A stretch of DNA of 32,000 nucleotides from Mycobacterium tuberculosis H37Rv (GTDB lineage: Bacteria > Actinomycetota > Actinomycetes > Mycobacteriales > Mycobacteriaceae), in the NCBI RefSeq assembly GCF_000195955.2, contig NC_000962.3, forward strand, positions 2,970,001 to 3,002,000, written 5' to 3'. Shown here piece by piece: positions 28,056 through 32,000 of the stretch. The notes beneath the pieces were generated by a model that had not been told where the DNA came from, did no database searches, and worked only from the letters and a program-made list of their open reading frames with translations. The position numbers and the translations under genes were made by a program. How positions within the stretch are numbered: the stretch's first letter is position 1; each line of letters starts with the position of its first letter.

Positions 28056-29968
28056 TCGAGATGTTCTGGAATCGCGTCGGACGCACACACCCCGGTACCC
28101 AGCGCGGCGACCCAGCCGGTGATCCGCCGGGCCACGTCCTGGTCGGTAAGCCCCAGATCGGCCAGCACCTCGCTTCGAGACGCGTGCTCGTAGAACTCCT
28201 GCGGCAACCCGACATCGCGGCAGGGCACGTCGATCTCCGCGCGCCGCAGCGCGGCCGACACCGCTGACCCCGCCCCACCGTTGACCCCGTTGTCCTCTAG
28301 CGTGACGAGCAGCTTGTGCTGCACCGCCAGTTCGCGCACACCGTCAGACACCGGCAACACCCAGCGCGGGTCGATCACCGTCACACCGATCCCCTGGTTG
28401 TGCAGCCGCTTGGCCACCGCCAACGCCATCGGTGCGAACGCGCCGATGGCCACCAACAGGACGTCGTGGTTCAAACCATCGGCGGGCGCCGCCAGCACAT
28501 CCACGCCTCCACGCCGCTCCAAAGCCGAAATATCTTCTCCCACATCACCTTTGGGGAACCGTAACGCCGTCGGGCCGTCGTCGACGTCGAGCGCCTCGCC
28601 GAGTTCTTCACGCAACCGGGTGGCGTCTCTGGGCGCTGCCACCCGGATGCCGGGCACGATACCCAGCATCGACAAGTCCCACATTCCGTTGTGGCTGGCG
28701 CCGTCGCTACCGGTGATCCCGGCACGGTCCAGCACCATGGTGACCGGCAGCTTGTGCAGCGCCACATCCATCATGATCTGGTCGAACGCCCGGTTCAGGA
28801 ACGTCGAGTAGATCGCCACCACGGGGTGCAGCCCACCCATCGCCAACCCGGCCGCCGACGTCATCGCGTGTTGCTCGGCGATCCCGACGTCGAACAATCG
28901 ATCCGGGAAGCGCTGCCCGAACGCGGTCAGCCCGGTGGGGCCCGGCATGGCCGCGGTAATGGCCACGATGTCACGGCGTTTCTGGGCGTAGCCGATAAGT
29001 GCATCAGAGAAGGTCGCCGTCCAGCCTGGGCCGGCCACCTTGGTGGCTTGTCCGGTGGCCGGATCGATCGGGACCGTGGAATGCATCTGCTCGGCCTGGT
29101 CGGCCTCGGCCGGCGGGTAGCCCATGCCCTTGCGGGTGACGACGTGCACGATCACCGGTGCACCGAAGCGCCGCGCGCTGCGCAGCGCGACCTCCACCGC
29201 CCGCTCGTCATGGCCGTCGACCGGGCCGACGTACTTCAACCCGAGGTCGGTGAACAGCAACTGCGGCGACAGCGAGTCCTTGATGCCGGCCTTGACGCTG
29301 TGCAGGAATCGAAACCACAGACCGCCGACAAGCGGCACCGCGCGCACCAGGTCGCGGCCCGTCTCCAGCGCCTGCTCGTAGGCCGGCTGCAGCCGCAGCG
29401 TGGCCAGATGGTCGGCGACGCCCCCGATTGTGGGCGCGTAGCTGCGCCCATTGTCGTTGACCACGATAATCACCGGCCGGCGGGATGCGGCGATATTGTT
29501 CAGCGCCTCCCAGCACATACCGCCGGTGAGCGCACCGTCACCGACCACCGCGACCACATGCCGGTTGCGGTGTCCGGTCAACTCGAACGCCTTGGCCAAC
29601 CCGTCCGCGTACGACAGCGCCGCGCTGGCGTGGCTCGACTCCACCCAGTCGTGCTCGCTCTCGGCACGAGACGGATACCCCGACAACCCGCCCTTCTTAC
29701 GCAGGGTTGCGAAGTCCTGGCTGCGTCCGGTCAACATCTTGTGGACGTAGGCCTGGTGACCGGTGTCGAAGATGATCGGATCGTGCGGCGAGTCGAATAC
29801 CCGGTGCAGCGCCAAGGTGAGTTCCACCACTCCCAGGTTCGGCCCCAGATGCCCCCCCGTGGCGGCAACCTTGTGGATCAGGAACTCACGGATCTCGGCG
29901 GCCAGCTCCCGAAGCTGCGCCTGGGAAAGGTGCTGCAGATCAGCGGGCCCGCGGATCTGTTGCAGCAT
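28052..29968 (-). CDS. dxs1: 1-deoxy-D-xylulose-5-phosphate synthase (Rv2682c)
   Basis: [43 protein letters not shown], transketolase-like domains. Confidence 0.97.
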   Translation of the reverse strand: MLQQIRGPADLQHLSQAQLRELAAEIREFLIHKVAATGGHLGPNLGVVELTLALHRVFDSPHDPIIFDTGHQAYVHKMLTGRSQDFATLRKKGGLSGYPSRAESEHDWVESSHASAALSYADGLAKAFELTGHRNRHVVAVVGDGALTGGMCWEALNNIAASRRPVIIVVNDNGRSYAPTIGGVADHLATLRLQPAYEQALETGRDLVRAVPLVGGLWFRFLHSVKAGIKDSLSPQLLFTDLGLKYVGPVDGHDERAVEVALRSARRFGAPVIVHVVTRKGMGYPPAEADQAEQMHSTVPIDPATGQATKVAGPGWTATFSDALIGYAQKRRDIVAITAAMPGPTGLTAFGQRFPDRLFDVGIAEQHAMTSAAGLAMGGLHPVVAIYSTFLNRAFDQIMMDVALHKLPVTMVLDRAGITGSDGASHNGMWDLSMLGIVPGIRVAAPRDATRLREELGEALDVDDGPTALRFPKGDVGEDISALERRGGVDVLAAPADGLNHDVLLVAIGAFAPMALAVAKRLHNQGIGVTVIDPRWVLPVSDGVRELAVQHKLLVTLEDNGVNGGAGSAVSAALRRAEIDVPCRDVGLPQEFYEHASRSEVLADLGLTDQDVARRITGWVAALGTGVCASDAIPEHLD

Positions 29969-30111
29969 TTCGCTAGTGTACGCAGCAACCCCCCCATTGG
30001 CCCAGCATGCGGCCGCCGATCAAAAGGGCCGAACCACTTTGATAGCGTCGGTGGCCGGCGCGCCGGGAAGCCTGGTCGGCGACTCATTGTCATCCAACTC
30101 CGGAGTTCGAT

Positions 30112-30609
30112 ATGAAGGTAAACATCGACCCAACCGCGCCCACCTTTGCGACGTATCGTCGGGATATGCGTGCCGAGCAAATGGCGGAGGACTATCCCGT
30201 CGTAAGCATCGATTCCGACGCGCTGGATGCTGCCCGCATGCTCGCAGAGCATCGTCTGCCTGGACTATTGGTCACCGCCGGAGCGGGCAAACAGTATGCG
30301 GTACTCCCTGCCTCACAGGTCGTGCGCTTCATCGTGCCCCGCTATGTGCAAGACGATCCCTTACTGGCCGGTGTGCTCAACGAATCGACGGCCGACCGGT
30401 GCGCCGAGAGATTGAGCGGCAAAAAGGTCCGCGACGTGTTGCCTGACCACCTGGTCGAGGTTCCCCCGGCTAACGCCGACGACACCATCATCGAGGTGGC
30501 CGCGGTGATGGCACGGCTGCGCAGCCCATTGCTCGCGGTGGTCAAAGACGGCTCGCTGCTCGGGGTGGTCACCGCATCGCGCCTGCTTGCTGCGGCACTG
30601 AAGACTTGA
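30112..30609 (+). CDS. CBS-domain protein (Rv2683)
   Basis: [39 protein letters not shown] and second CBS-like half. Confidence 0.85.
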   Translation: MKVNIDPTAPTFATYRRDMRAEQMAEDYPVVSIDSDALDAARMLAEHRLPGLLVTAGAGKQYAVLPASQVVRFIVPRYVQDDPLLAGVLNESTADRCAERLSGKKVRDVLPDHLVEVPPANADDTIIEVAAVMARLRSPLLAVVKDGSLLGVVTASRLLAAALKT

Positions 30610-30613
30610 CCTC

Positions 30614-31903
30614 GTGAGCGTCGTCGCGGTCACCATCTTCGTGGCGGCCTACGTTCTGATTGCCAGCGATCGCGTCAACAAGACGATGGTGGCGCTGACC
30701 GGCGCGGCGGCCGTGGTCGTCCTACCAGTGATCACATCCCACGACATCTTCTATTCCCACGACACCGGAATCGACTGGGACGTCATTTTCTTGTTGGTGG
30801 GCATGATGATCATCGTCGGAGTGCTGCGGCAGACGGGGGTGTTCGAATACACCGCGATCTGGGCCGCCAAGCGCGCCCGCGGCTCGCCGCTACGCATCAT
30901 GATCCTGCTGGTATTGGTGAGCGCGTTGGCGTCAGCCTTGCTGGATAACGTCACCACGGTGTTGTTGATCGCGCCGGTCACGCTATTGGTGTGCGACCGG
31001 TTAAACATCAACACGACGTCGTTCCTGATGGCCGAAGTCTTCGCCTCCAACATTGGTGGCGCCGCGACGTTGGTGGGTGACCCGCCGAACATCATCGTGG
31101 CCAGCCGGGCGGGATTGACGTTCAACGACTTCATGCTGCACTTGACACCGCTGGTAGTCATTGTGCTGATCGCCCTCATCGCTGTGCTGCCCCGCCTGTT
31201 CGGCTCGATCACGGTCGAAGCCGATCGAATTGCCGATGTCATGGCGCTCGACGAGGGTGAAGCCATCCGCGACCGCGGACTGCTGGTCAAATGTGGCGCC
31301 GTGCTGGTGCTGGTGTTCGCGGCCTTCGTCGCCCATCCGGTGCTGCACATCCAGCCTTCTCTAGTGGCGCTGCTGGGCGCTGGGATGCTGATCGTGGTCT
31401 CGGGTCTGACGCGATCCGAGTATCTATCCAGCGTCGAGTGGGACACGCTGCTGTTTTTCGCCGGGCTGTTCATTATGGTCGGAGCGCTGGTCAAGACCGG
31501 TGTCGTCAACGATCTCGCGCGGGCAGCGACCCAGCTGACCGGCGGCAATATTGTGGCCACCGCGTTCCTAATCCTCGGCGTCTCCGCCCCGATCTCGGGA
31601 ATTATCGACAACATTCCCTACGTCGCCACGATGACGCCCCTCGTCGCGGAGCTGGTCGCGGTCATGGGGGGTCAACCCAGCACCGACACCCCCTGGTGGG
31701 CGCTGGCCCTGGGTGCCGACTTCGGCGGCAACCTGACCGCAATCGGCGCCAGCGCGAACGTCGTCATGCTCGGAATCGCCCGGCGCGCAGGAGCTCCCAT
31801 CTCGTTCTGGGAGTTCACCCGCAAAGGGGCGGTGGTCACGGCCGTCTCGATCGCGCTCGCGGCGATCTACCTGTGGTTGCGGTACTTCGTGTTGTTGCAC
31901 TGA
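30614..31903 (+). CDS. arsA: ArsB/NhaD-family membrane transporter (Rv2684)
   Basis: About 11 hydrophobic segments; [42 protein letters not shown]; [17 protein letters not shown]. Confidence 0.92.
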   Translation: MSVVAVTIFVAAYVLIASDRVNKTMVALTGAAAVVVLPVITSHDIFYSHDTGIDWDVIFLLVGMMIIVGVLRQTGVFEYTAIWAAKRARGSPLRIMILLVLVSALASALLDNVTTVLLIAPVTLLVCDRLNINTTSFLMAEVFASNIGGAATLVGDPPNIIVASRAGLTFNDFMLHLTPLVVIVLIALIAVLPRLFGSITVEADRIADVMALDEGEAIRDRGLLVKCGAVLVLVFAAFVAHPVLHIQPSLVALLGAGMLIVVSGLTRSEYLSSVEWDTLLFFAGLFIMVGALVKTGVVNDLARAATQLTGGNIVATAFLILGVSAPISGIIDNIPYVATMTPLVAELVAVMGGQPSTDTPWWALALGADFGGNLTAIGASANVVMLGIARRAGAPISFWEFTRKGAVVTAVSIALAAIYLWLRYFVLLH

Positions 31904-31982
31904 CCATCTGTATTGCCGACAGACCTGTAGCACCAGACGACGCCGCGATGAGCGGCCTACGAGAAGATTCGGAGGATGGCCG

Positions 31983-32000
31983 ATGAGCATCATCGCCATC
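31983..32000 (+). CDS. arsB1: Start of paralogous transporter Rv2685, truncated by window end
   Basis: ATGAGCATCATCGCCATC after GGAGG, position matches recalled gene order. Confidence 0.6.

Noticed and set aside
28691-30115. Plus-strand 474-aa ORF opposite dxs1
   Set aside because: Shadow ORF antisense to well-conserved dxs1; composition is His/Arg/Gln-rich with no motif.

Overview
High-GC actinobacterial DNA that I recognise as the Mycobacterium tuberculosis complex phiRv2 region (H37Rv-like, Rv2645 to the start of Rv2685). Gene names come from recalled knowledge plus product logic; no database search was run. Positions 1-10998 are the phiRv2 element, bounded by direct copies of a tRNA 3' end (CCAGTATCGCGCACCA at 1-16 and 10983-10998). 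It carries two tyrosine recombinases, a ParB-like fragment, an IS6110 copy (2109-3463, TCG target duplication), HK97-type capsid, prohead protease, small terminase, Rv2653c/Rv2654c, a DUF3631-type ATPase and an AlpA/excisionase-like protein. Positions 11000-13895 are an accessory graveyard: antisense-overlapping small ORFs, a toxin/antitoxin-like pair (Rv2663/Rv2664), a transposase fragment and a truncated IS1081. From 13896 on is ordinary core genome (clpC2, ribD-like, aftC, msrB, hemE-hemY-chdC, echA15, dxs1, arsA) with two VNTR-type tandem repeats. The best leads are: (1) phiRv2 looks like a capsid-encoding phage satellite rather than a decayed phage; (2) paired GCGCAATA repeats near both ends look like integrase arm sites; (3) a plus-strand chain of overlapping ORFs runs opposite the annotated Rv2660c/Rv2661c, and its first ORF resembles Rv2645; (4) a 93-codon ORF is split by IS6110 and can be rebuilt exactly; (5) palindromic operator candidates sit at the starts of clpC2 and Rv2663, and clpC2 and Rv2664 share an HTH-like motif.
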